Notes under the pieces: model-generated
What the model was told of the DNA's origin: nothing
The model's database searches: none
Seen by the model: only the letters and a program-made list of their open reading frames with translations
Program-made: the position numbers and the translations under genes
Shown: piece by piece, positions 10,348 to 18,905 of the stretch
How positions within the stretch are numbered: position 1 is the stretch's first letter
How the letters are laid out: every line of letters begins with the position of its first letter
Origin: Campylobacterales bacterium
GTDB lineage: Bacteria; Campylobacterota; Campylobacteria; Campylobacterales; JALSKU01
Reading direction: 5' to 3'
DNA length: 64,000 nt
NCBI GenBank assembly: GCA_027044945.1
Contig: JALUBK010000040.1
Location: 886-64,885 of the forward strand

Positions 10348-11796
10348 TCACTCCTTTTTCATATAATGTGCACCTATAGATTTATCTCTAGAGAGTGCAT
10401 CTTCTATAATAGATCTTGCAACCTTAAGCCTTAATCTTAAAAGTTTTCCAATATCCATATTTAACATTTCATTTACCCGTTTTAATGCCATATTTAATTT
10501 CGTCTTTGTTCTTATAATACCTACCTTTTCCCACATAATATGTCTTAATTCATTTTTTAAAATTTTATCATTATTTTTTATCAATATTTCACTTTTTTCT
10601 TCAAATTCAATATGTGGAAAATTTTCTTGATGTTTTAAAAGATGTTTTACTGCTCTAGTAGAAAATACCAACCCTTCAAGCAAAGAATTACTAGCCAATC
10701 TATTTGCTCCATGAACTCTTGTATTTGCAACTTCTCCAGCAACATATAAATTTTTAAATTTTTCAACTCTTGCATCAAGGTCACATTTTATACCGCCCAT
10801 AAAATAATGAAATGCAGGAGAAATAGGCACACGATCTTCAGGTAGATTAAAACCAAAATCTTTCAAATTGTAATAAATTGTAGGAAATCTTTTTTTAAAA
10901 AATCCTTTTTCAAAATTCTTAAACGAAAGATATACAATATCACCTTTATGCTTTTGTTTATAATCATATATAGCCCTACTGACTATATCTCTAGGACTAA
11001 GCTCTCCTCGTTTATCATAATCCAATAAAAATCTTTCGCCTTTTTCATTAACCAAATAAGCACCTTCACCTCTTAAAGATTCGGTAAGAAGTTGTTTTCT
11101 TGCTTTATCGGTGTTTATAAAAACAGTTGGATGAAATTGAGTCATTGCCATATCTCGCAACTCGCAACCACATTCCAATGCAAGTCCTTGTATATCTGCA
11201 CTTACGGTTCTTGCATTTGTATGATATTCATAAAGAGCACCTATACCACCACTGGCTAAAATAAGATTTTTAGAATATAAATTTTTAAATTTTCCTTGAT
11301 GGAAAATTTTTACACCATAAACCAAATCATCTTTATGCAATATATCTACTACTGTTGTTTTATACATCAAAGGATGTGGATTGTTTTGCATTAAAAAAAG
11401 ATGAACTTCTCGTCCTGTCGCATCACCTCCAGCATGAACTATTCTGTTTCTACCATGAGCTGCTTCTTTTGTATATAAAAGATTTCCTTCTTCATCTCTA
11501 TCAAATTCAAAACCTTTTTCTATAAGAGAATTTACAGCACTTCTACCCTCTGAACAAAGAACTCTTACAGCCTTTTCATCACAAAGTCCAGCACCTGCTT
11601 TTAAAGTATCTTGTATATGAGGCTCCACATCGTTTTCATCAACCGCAACACTTATACCACCTTGAGCATAAAAAGTATTACAATCCCAAGAATTTTCTTT
11701 GCATAAAATTAAAACTTTTTTATCTTTAGGCAAATTTATAGCCGCATTTAATCCAGTAATACCAGCTCCTACTATTATTACATCATATATTTGCAA
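10348..11796 (-). CDS. nadB: L-aspartate oxidase
   Basis: 482 aa. FAD-binding VIIVGAGITGL, and the QGGI, HPT and RLASNSLLEG motifs of the NadB/succinate dehydrogenase flavoprotein family. Confidence 0.95.
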   Translation of the reverse strand: MQIYDVIIVGAGITGLNAAINLPKDKKVLILCKENSWDCNTFYAQGGISVAVDENDVEPHIQDTLKAGAGLCDEKAVRVLCSEGRSAVNSLIEKGFEFDRDEEGNLLYTKEAAHGRNRIVHAGGDATGREVHLFLMQNNPHPLMYKTTVVDILHKDDLVYGVKIFHQGKFKNLYSKNLILASGGIGALYEYHTNARTVSADIQGLALECGCELRDMAMTQFHPTVFINTDKARKQLLTESLRGEGAYLVNEKGERFLLDYDKRGELSPRDIVSRAIYDYKQKHKGDIVYLSFKNFEKGFFKKRFPTIYYNLKDFGFNLPEDRVPISPAFHYFMGGIKCDLDARVEKFKNLYVAGEVANTRVHGANRLASNSLLEGLVFSTRAVKHLLKHQENFPHIEFEEKSEILIKNNDKILKNELRHIMWEKVGIIRTKTKLNMALKRVNEMLNMDIGKLLRLRLKVARSIIEDALSRDKSIGAHYMKKE

Positions 11797-11965
11797 TCTG
11801 TTTTACCTCTTTTACATTTTCAATTTTTTCATTTTTAGAAAGATATTGATGGTTTTCATCCTGATTTTGATAAACAGGATCACTTTTATACCCACAACCA
11901 CTAAAAAAAATAAATAAATTTGCTATAATAAGCAAATGAAAAATTCTAATAACATAATTATACAT
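11783..11965 (-). CDS. small lipoprotein (LptM/YifL-like lipobox motif)
   Basis: 60 aa. Signal peptide plus lipobox FFSGC, followed by GYKSDPVY, which resembles the GCGxKGPLY motif of the small LptM/YifL lipoproteins. It overlaps the nadB start. Confidence 0.5.
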   Translation of the reverse strand: MYNYVIRIFHLLIIANLFIFFSGCGYKSDPVYQNQDENHQYLSKNEKIENVKEVKQIANI

Positions 11966-12379
11966 CTAAAAAACCAACCTTATTATAAAAAAATAAAAAA
12001 CATAGAATGTTTTAATAAAATTAAATCTTTGCTTCCTCCAAGACTTAGCAACTCTATCCTTTTTATATATATAAAAAATCAAACACTTTTTTTTGTTTTA
12101 ACTCATCCTGGATACAAAATGGAGTTTAATTATAATGTTAATTTAATAAAGGGACTATTAAAAGAGTTAAAAAAAAGAGATAAAAATTGTCAAAATTTAA
12201 ATATAAAAGATATTAAAACCTTTGTTACTAATAAAATAAACATTCAAAAGACAGAAAATAACAATAAAAACAGCAAAATATATTATAATGAAAGAGCTAA
12301 AGGAAATTTTAAAATATTAACAAATAATCAAAAATTAAAAACTAGATTTTTAGAAATACAAAAAATTATCAAAGATTAA
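11936..12379 (+). CDS. DUF721/DciA-like protein (putative)
   Basis: 147 aa. The central LPPRLSNSILFIYIKNQTLFFVLTHPGYKMEFNY...IKGLLKEL fits the DUF721 strand-strand-helix pattern. An extended -10 (TGcTATAAT, 11921-11929) ends 6 nt before the ATG, suggesting a leaderless mRNA. Confidence 0.4.
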   Translation: MKNSNNIIIHLKNQPYYKKIKNIECFNKIKSLLPPRLSNSILFIYIKNQTLFFVLTHPGYKMEFNYNVNLIKGLLKELKKRDKNCQNLNIKDIKTFVTNKINIQKTENNNKNSKIYYNERAKGNFKILTNNQKLKTRFLEIQKIIKD

Positions 12380-12529
12380 ATTAATAATTAACATTATATA
12401 ATATGATATAATTTATAAAAAATTATTAATTTAATATTATAATAATTAATTTTAAAATTTAATGACAATTTTATGACAAAAAGAATAAAATTATAAAATA
12501 AATAAATATTACGAAAAGAGTATAAAAAT

Positions 12530-12751
12530 ATGAATATTGTTAAAAAAATTATCTTTTTTTATTTAGATGGTTTCAAAAGTATGAAAGTAGGAAAAAAATT
12601 GTGGGCAATTATAGCTTTTAAATTTTTTATTATTTTTGCAGTTTTAAAAATATTCTTTTTTCCAGATATTTTGCAAACTCGTTTTTCAAACAATTCTCAA
12701 AGAGCTAATTATATTATAAATAATCTTACACAAATTAAACAAACTAAATAA
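12530..12751 (+). CDS. DUF4492-like small membrane protein preceding cydA
   Basis: 73 aa with one or two TM segments (LWAIIAFKFFIIFAVLKIFFF). It sits immediately upstream of cydA, as DUF4492 genes do. Confidence 0.6.
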   Translation: MNIVKKIIFFYLDGFKSMKVGKKLWAIIAFKFFIIFAVLKIFFFPDILQTRFSNNSQRANYIINNLTQIKQTK

Positions 12752-12789
12752 GGAGGAAATATGTATCAATTAAATAAGGAGGAAATATG
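12745..12789 (+). repeat. perfect 19-nt tandem duplication of the ribosome-binding site plus ATG (TAAATAAGGAGGAAATATG x2, 26-nt period)
   Basis: The copies at 12745-12763 and 12771-12789 are identical. The second ATG is the cydA start. The first opens a 12-codon ORF (12761-12799) in another frame. Confidence 0.9.
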
Positions 12790-14307
12790 GAACATTTAGT
12801 TGACTGGTCGAGAGCACAATTTGCTCTTACAGCTTTGTATCATTGGCTTTTCGTGCCATTGACACTAGGGCTATCATTTATAGTAGCCATTATGGAAACT
12901 ATTTATGTAAAAACAAAAGATGAAGAGTGGAAAAAAATTACTAAATTTTGGATGACTCTTTTTGGAATTAACTTTGCTATTGGTTTGGCAACAGGTATTA
13001 TCATGGAGTTTGAATTCGGAACAAACTGGTCAAACTATTCATGGATAGTGGGAGATATATTTGGAGCACCATTGGCCATAGAAGGTCTTATGGCATTCTT
13101 TATGGAATCAACATTTGCTGCTGTTATGTTTTTTGGATGGGATAAAATTTCAAAAAAAATGCATTTACTTTCAACTTGGCTGGTAGCTATAGGTTCTAAT
13201 CTTTCAGCTCTATGGATACTTTTAGCAAACGGATGGATGCAACATCCAATAGGAATGACATTCGATCCAGATACAGGTAGATATGAAATGAACCACTTTT
13301 GGAATATTGTATTTAATCCAAATGGATCATCAAAATTTTTACATACAGTAGGAAGTGGTTATGTTATGGGATCACTTTTTGTTATTGGCATAAGTGCATG
13401 GTTTTTAATCAAAAAAAGAGATGTTCTTTTTGCCAAAAGAAGTATAATAGTTGCAGCAACTTTTGGATTGATTACATCTATATTTTTAATAATTGCAGGA
13501 GATGATGCAGCTCATCAAGTAGCACTTACTCAACCTACAAAATTAGCCGCTATGGAAGGTGTGTATCAAGGTAAAAAAGATAGAGGTCTAGTTGTAATAG
13601 GTTTATTAAATTCAAATAAAAAAATTGGAGACAATCAAAAAGAATTTGATTGGGATATTAAGATTCCAGGAATGTTGTCTTTATTGGCATATCACAATAC
13701 TAATGCTTTTGTGCCAGGAATTAATGATTTGGTATATGGAAATCTACAAGAAAATATCGAATCAGCACAAAGTAAAATAAATAAAGGTAAATTAGCTATT
13801 GCAGCATTGAGAGAATATAAACAAGCAAAAAAATCTGGCAATACAGTAGAAGCGACTACTGCTCTTGCTCAATTTAAAAAATATGATAAAGATTTTGGTT
13901 ATGGATATTTAACAAATCCTAAAAAAGTTATTCCTCCAGTTGGACTTACATTTTATTCATTTCATATAATGGTATTATTAGGAACTTGGTTCTTGATATT
14001 GTTTATTTTGGCTCTTTATTACACAATGAAAAACAAAATAGAAAACAAAAAATGGCTTCTTTGGGCAGGTTTGCTTTCAATTCCATTAGGATATTTAGCA
14101 GGAGAGCTTGGCTGGATTACAGCAGAAGTAGGACGACAACCTTGGGCTGTTCAGGGAATGCTACCTGTCGCAAAAGCTACTTCCAGTATATCTACTAATG
14201 CAGTAATTACAACTTTTTGGCTTTTTGCAATACTTTTTACAAGTTTGTTAATAGCCGAATTATCAATCATGTTCAAGCAAATTTCGCTTGGTCCAAAAGG
14301 AGAATAG
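12787..14307 (+). CDS. cydA: cytochrome bd-type quinol oxidase subunit I
   Basis: 506 aa. The N-terminal LSRAQFALTALYHWLFVP-type motif, GWxxxExGRQPW (GWITAEVGRQPWAV) and nine TM segments. Confidence 0.96.
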   Translation: MEHLVDWSRAQFALTALYHWLFVPLTLGLSFIVAIMETIYVKTKDEEWKKITKFWMTLFGINFAIGLATGIIMEFEFGTNWSNYSWIVGDIFGAPLAIEGLMAFFMESTFAAVMFFGWDKISKKMHLLSTWLVAIGSNLSALWILLANGWMQHPIGMTFDPDTGRYEMNHFWNIVFNPNGSSKFLHTVGSGYVMGSLFVIGISAWFLIKKRDVLFAKRSIIVAATFGLITSIFLIIAGDDAAHQVALTQPTKLAAMEGVYQGKKDRGLVVIGLLNSNKKIGDNQKEFDWDIKIPGMLSLLAYHNTNAFVPGINDLVYGNLQENIESAQSKINKGKLAIAALREYKQAKKSGNTVEATTALAQFKKYDKDFGYGYLTNPKKVIPPVGLTFYSFHIMVLLGTWFLILFILALYYTMKNKIENKKWLLWAGLLSIPLGYLAGELGWITAEVGRQPWAVQGMLPVAKATSSISTNAVITTFWLFAILFTSLLIAELSIMFKQISLGPKGE

Positions 14308-14308
14308 A

Positions 14309-15433
14309 ATGTTTGAAAATTTATCATTACTTCAATTACAAGAATATTGGTGGTTTATAATAGCTTTATTAGGAGGTTTGTTGGTTTTCATGACTTTTGT
14401 GCAAGGAGGACAAACTATACTTTATAAAGTAACTTCAAACGAAGAGGAAAGAGATGTTATTGTAAATCTTTTAGGAAGAAAATGGGAACTTACTTTTACT
14501 ACATTGGTTTTATTTGGAGGTGCATTATTTGCAGCATTCCCTCTTATATATTCTGTTAGTTTTGGTGGAGCTTATTATCTTTGGATGGCAATACTTTTTT
14601 GCTTTATTATTCAAGCCGTATCTTATGAATATAGAAAAAAACCAGACAATGTATTAGGTGAAAAAGTTTTTGAATTATTTTTATATATTAACGGTAGCAT
14701 AGGTATTTTTCTTATAGGTGTAGCAGTAGGAGCATTATTTACTGGGGGTCATTTTGTAAGAAATGATATGAATTTATCTCATTGGACAACACCTTATTAT
14801 GGATTGGAATCTATTTTAAATCCATTTAATTTTATTTTAGGATTAACTGTTGTATTTCTTGCTAGAGTTCAAGCGGGTATGTATTTTATAAACTCTATTG
14901 CAGAAAGATCAATAATTGAAAAAACAAAAACTCAACTTGCAAAAGATAGTTTATTATTTGTTATATTTTTTATTATAACTGCTATAATGCTTCTTTTGCA
15001 TAGTGGAGTGATTTATAAAAATGGAGCTTTTCAAGTAGAAAAATATCAATTTTTACTTAATTTTTTAGCAAATCCTATCATATTAATTATATTTTTAATA
15101 GGAACTATATCTGTTTTGTATGCTATTTATGCAACACTTTTTAAAAACAGTCAAAAAGGTATATGGTTTAGCGGAATAGGAACAGTTTTAGTAATATTTT
15201 CTGTTTTTTGTTTAATAGGATATAACAATACTTCTGTTTATCCATCGTTATCTGATTTATCAAGTTCATTAACTATAGAAAATAGCTCTGGTAGCCATTA
15301 TGGATTATCAGCAATGGCATATGCATCTTTGCTTATTCCTTTTGTTTTAGGATATATTATCCTTGCTTGGAGATCTATGAATAAAGACAAAATCACTATT
15401 AAAGAAGTAGAATCAGATCCAGATTCATATTAA
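14309..15433 (+). CDS. cydB: cytochrome bd-type quinol oxidase subunit II
   Basis: Polytopic CydB-like protein. I prefer the ATG at 14309 (AAGGAG SD; MFENLSLLQLQEYWWF) over the TTG at 14288 used by the ORF track. Confidence 0.93.
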   Translation: MFENLSLLQLQEYWWFIIALLGGLLVFMTFVQGGQTILYKVTSNEEERDVIVNLLGRKWELTFTTLVLFGGALFAAFPLIYSVSFGGAYYLWMAILFCFIIQAVSYEYRKKPDNVLGEKVFELFLYINGSIGIFLIGVAVGALFTGGHFVRNDMNLSHWTTPYYGLESILNPFNFILGLTVVFLARVQAGMYFINSIAERSIIEKTKTQLAKDSLLFVIFFIITAIMLLLHSGVIYKNGAFQVEKYQFLLNFLANPIILIIFLIGTISVLYAIYATLFKNSQKGIWFSGIGTVLVIFSVFCLIGYNNTSVYPSLSDLSSSLTIENSSGSHYGLSAMAYASLLIPFVLGYIILAWRSMNKDKITIKEVESDPDSY

Positions 15434-15445
15434 AAGGAGTTAAAA

Positions 15446-15562
15446 ATGGAAATAAGTTATTTAAGTGGTATCATATGGTATTTAACATGGCCTTTGGTTA
15501 TATATCTTGGATATAAGTTTTCTTGTTCAAATATAAATAAATTAGAGGAAAAGTTAAAATAA
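15446..15562 (+). CDS. CydX-like small membrane subunit (38 aa), not in the ORF track
   Basis: AAGGAG (15434-15439), a 6-nt spacer, then ATG. The product is MEISYLSGIIWYLTWPLVIYLGYKFSCSNINKLEEKLK: a single TM segment with a WYxxW motif like E. coli CydX (MWYFAW), then a charged tail. It starts 12 nt after the cydB stop. Confidence 0.55.
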   Translation: MEISYLSGIIWYLTWPLVIYLGYKFSCSNINKLEEKLK

Positions 15563-15577
15563 TGATATAATATCTTT

Positions 15578-17359
15578 ATGATAAATAAGATAAAAAATCT
15601 ACCAAAAAGTCCAGGAGTTTACCAATATTTTAATAAAAATGGTAAACTCCTTTATGTTGGTAAAGCTAAAATTTTAGCCAATCGGGTAAAAAGTTATTTT
15701 AGCTTTACCCCAACTTTATCCCCTTCTCCACAATTAAGTGCAAGAATACATAAAATGATTAGTGAAACTTGTTCAATGGATTATATAGTAGTCTCAAATG
15801 AACATGATGCATTGATTTTAGAAAATTCATTAATAAAACAACTCAAACCAAAATACAATATTTTATTAAGAGATGATAAAACTTATCCATATATTTATAT
15901 TGATTTAAATAATGATTTTCCAAGATTTGAAATAACTAGAAACATAATAAAAGGTAAAAATATTAAATATTTTGGTCCTTTCACGACAGCATCCAGAGAA
16001 ATTCTTGAATCTTTATATCAACTTTTTCCTCTTGTTCAGAAAAAAGGTTCATTAAAAAACAAAAAAGCTTGTCTTTTTTATCAAATAGGGAAATGTTTGG
16101 CACCTTGCGAAGGAAAAATCAGTAAAGAAGAATATCATAAAATTATAATAAATGCATTAGAAGCATTAAAAAACAAAAATATACTCATTTCTCTTTTGGA
16201 TAAAAAAATGAATTTTTATGCACAAAAAGAACTTTTTGAAGAAGCTGGAAAAATAAGAGATACACTTAAAAAAATAAAACAAAGCACTATCTTTTCACAA
16301 GTAGATTTAAAAAATAATGAAAATTACGATGTTTTTGCTCTTGAAACAGAAGATACAAAAGCAGTAATGATAAAACTTTTTGTAAGAAATGGAAAAATTG
16401 TTTCTTTAAATCACACAATATTAAAAAATGATTTTGGATTTAGTAAAAATGAAATTTATAAAAATACTTTGATTAATTTTTATAAAAAAGATATGCCTCT
16501 TATTGCCAAAACAATTTTACTAAAAGATGATTTTGAAGAGAGAAAAGAAGTCGAACTTTTTTTATCAGAAAGATTAAAAATGAAAATCAGGCTTCAAGTC
16601 CCTCAAAAAGGTCCAAAAAGAGAATTAGTTATTTTAGCTGAAAAAAATGCCATAGAATCTCTAAAAAAAGTTCAAATCAAATATGAAACTATACTCAAAC
16701 AAGTTAAATCAATTTTAAAATTAAACAATACCCCTTGGACAATTGAAGCATATGATAATTCTCACATGCAAGGCTCTAATCCTGTTGGCTCTTGTATTTA
16801 TTGGGAAGATGGTTTTCAAAAAAATAGATATAGACATTATAATTTAAAAAGTCATGATGAATATGCTCAAATGAGAGAAACTCTTGTAAAAAGATGCGAA
16901 AGTTTTGAAAAAAATCCTCCTCCGAATTTGTGGGTAATAGACGGAGGCAAAACACTTTTAAATCTTGCTTACGATATAACAAAAAGTTTTGGAGTAGATT
17001 TGGATATTATAGCAATTTCAAAAGAAAAAAATGGCATTAAGAGCATTAGAGCCAAAGGAAAAACTAATGATAAAATATGGACCATCGATGGATTTGTGCC
17101 TCTTTCAAATCATAATAAAATATTACAATTTATCCAAATGTTAAGAGATGAAGCTCATAGATTTGTTATAAATTTTCACAGAAAACAAAAGATTAAACAA
17201 GATAAACAAATAGAACTTTTAAATAAAAAAGGTATAGGGGTAGCAAAAGTTAAAAAACTTATTACTTATTTTGGCAGTTTTGAAAATATTTACAGTGCAA
17301 GCAAAGAAGAACTTGCAAATGTATTAAATAAAACTGATGCAAAAAATATTTATAACTGA
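15578..17359 (+). CDS. uvrC: excinuclease ABC subunit C
   Basis: 593 aa. GIY-YIG N-terminus (GVYQYFNKNGKLLYVGKA), a UVR domain, an RNase H-like endonuclease domain and a C-terminal HhH. Confidence 0.96.
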   Translation: MINKIKNLPKSPGVYQYFNKNGKLLYVGKAKILANRVKSYFSFTPTLSPSPQLSARIHKMISETCSMDYIVVSNEHDALILENSLIKQLKPKYNILLRDDKTYPYIYIDLNNDFPRFEITRNIIKGKNIKYFGPFTTASREILESLYQLFPLVQKKGSLKNKKACLFYQIGKCLAPCEGKISKEEYHKIIINALEALKNKNILISLLDKKMNFYAQKELFEEAGKIRDTLKKIKQSTIFSQVDLKNNENYDVFALETEDTKAVMIKLFVRNGKIVSLNHTILKNDFGFSKNEIYKNTLINFYKKDMPLIAKTILLKDDFEERKEVELFLSERLKMKIRLQVPQKGPKRELVILAEKNAIESLKKVQIKYETILKQVKSILKLNNTPWTIEAYDNSHMQGSNPVGSCIYWEDGFQKNRYRHYNLKSHDEYAQMRETLVKRCESFEKNPPPNLWVIDGGKTLLNLAYDITKSFGVDLDIIAISKEKNGIKSIRAKGKTNDKIWTIDGFVPLSNHNKILQFIQMLRDEAHRFVINFHRKQKIKQDKQIELLNKKGIGVAKVKKLITYFGSFENIYSASKEELANVLNKTDAKNIYN

Positions 17360-17361
17360 CC

Positions 17362-17976
17362 TTATGCAGGAATAACTTTAGCCAATCTTTCATATAAAGA
17401 AAGGATTTCTTCTTTTTTTGAAATAAAACTGTTTTTGTTTGATATTAAATGAGCTGATGAATCCATAATAGTTTCAACAACTTTAAGGCCATTTTGTTTC
17501 ATTGTTGTTCCTGTTTCCACTATATCTACAATGGCATCGCACATACCTACAATAGGGGCTAATTCTATAGAACCATAAAGTTTAATAATTTCAGCTGCTA
17601 TTGCCTTGCTTGAAAAATGTTTTCTTGCAATATTTTCCATTTTTGATGCCACTTTTATACTTGGCTTATCAGGATCTAAATGATCTTCATTTTTCATTCC
17701 AACACAAACTTTACACTTTCCTATATTCAAATCTAATAAATCAACCAAATCAAGCTCTTTTTCTTTTAAAACATCAAGTCCGACTACTCCTAAATCAGCA
17801 GCCTGATGAAGAACATAAACAGGAACATCTTGGTTTCTAACTAATAAAAATGTAAAATCTTTATCTTTCAAAATAAGTTTTCTATCTTCAAAAATAAATT
17901 TTTTTTCAAATATATTTTCAAAAAGACCAAGAGTTTCATCCGCAATTCTTCCTTTTGGTAAAGCAACACTAAGCAT
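17362..17976 (-). CDS. hisG: ATP phosphoribosyltransferase (short form)
   Basis: 204 aa. MLSVALPKGRIADET N-terminus and a DIVETGTTMKQNGL motif. Confidence 0.93.
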   Translation of the reverse strand: MLSVALPKGRIADETLGLFENIFEKKFIFEDRKLILKDKDFTFLLVRNQDVPVYVLHQAADLGVVGLDVLKEKELDLVDLLDLNIGKCKVCVGMKNEDHLDPDKPSIKVASKMENIARKHFSSKAIAAEIIKLYGSIELAPIVGMCDAIVDIVETGTTMKQNGLKVVETIMDSSAHLISNKNSFISKKEEILSLYERLAKVIPA

Positions 17977-18589
17977 TTATATCCTTTATAACTTTTAACA
18001 TACCTTTGAAAATTAAACTATCATCATATATAGAGTCATTAAAAAACTTGGTAAAAAATTTTCCATCTCCACCTGTAAAGTATATCTTTTTATTCTTTTT
18101 TGTTTCATTGAACATTAAAAAAAATGGCTTAATAGCACCATAACTAATAGCTTCCAAACTGTTTTGAGGCAATGAACATAAAGAAATATTTGGATTTATA
18201 TTCATTTTTAATTTGGGGGAAATAGCTTCAAAAGCATTTTGCAAAGATAAAAGTCCTGGCATTATATATCCTCCAAGATGTATTCCTCCTGACATTATAT
18301 CAACAGTTACAGCACTACCTGCATCAACAATTATACCATTATCAATAGCATAACAAGATGCAATTCTATCTATCCCCATACCCCTGTATGCAGTATCCAA
18401 ATGAAAATAAGCTTCTATATTTATCGCCAATTTATTCAATTTTAAAACATTTTTTAATTTTTCATTTACATTTATATAGTAAAATTTTTCATCAATTAAA
18501 TTAATATTTTTGATGTTAGCTTTTTTTTTCCAAATAACTCCATTTTTATAAAAATGTATGTTAGTATTTCCTATATCACAAAGTAACAT
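17969..18589 (-). CDS. coaX: type III pantothenate kinase
   Basis: 206 aa. LLCDIGNTNIHF and VDAGSAVTVD motifs of the CoaX/ASKHA fold. Confidence 0.9.
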   Translation of the reverse strand: MLLCDIGNTNIHFYKNGVIWKKKANIKNINLIDEKFYYINVNEKLKNVLKLNKLAINIEAYFHLDTAYRGMGIDRIASCYAIDNGIIVDAGSAVTVDIMSGGIHLGGYIMPGLLSLQNAFEAISPKLKMNINPNISLCSLPQNSLEAISYGAIKPFFLMFNETKKNKKIYFTGGDGKFFTKFFNDSIYDDSLIFKGMLKVIKDINA

Positions 18590-18905
18590 ATGTTTTCCAT
18601 TTATTTTCTTTTAATAATATTTTTGATTTAGAGCAAATCAAAGAATTTAAAATCAAAACTCTTTTTTTAAAATTATGTTCTCTTGCTTTGATAAGTTTTT
18701 CATAAAGAGAAAAAATTTCTTGTGTATTTTTTAAAATAAATCTACTTTTTGATAAAATATAAAATATTGCTACATAATTTGATTTTAAATCCACCCCTTC
18801 ATATATTTCTATCTTTTTTTTAGTATTCAAAAGCTGATTGTCTATTTTGTGTAATTTTTTAAAAAGATATCCCTTGTCATGTAAAAATTCTACTATATTT
18901 TTCAT
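18576..18905 (-). CDS. hypothetical protein
   Basis: 109-aa Lys-rich ORF whose ends overlap both xerH-like (4 nt) and coaX (14 nt). I recognise no motif. Confidence 0.45.
   Translation of the reverse strand: MKNIVEFLHDKGYLFKKLHKIDNQLLNTKKKIEIYEGVDLKSNYVAIFYILSKSRFILKNTQEIFSLYEKLIKAREHNFKKRVLILNSLICSKSKILLKENKWKTYVTL

Noticed and set aside
14288-14308. Extended N-termini in the ORF track: cydB TTG at 14288, gltB TTG at 53610, gltD ATG at 49181, corA ATG at 63183, SPOR gene at 28116, fliN-upstream gene at 41839.
   Set aside because: In each case a downstream ATG (or TTG) has a much better Shine-Dalgarno sequence and spacing, and it gives the N-terminus expected for the family. The extensions overlap upstream genes or promoters.
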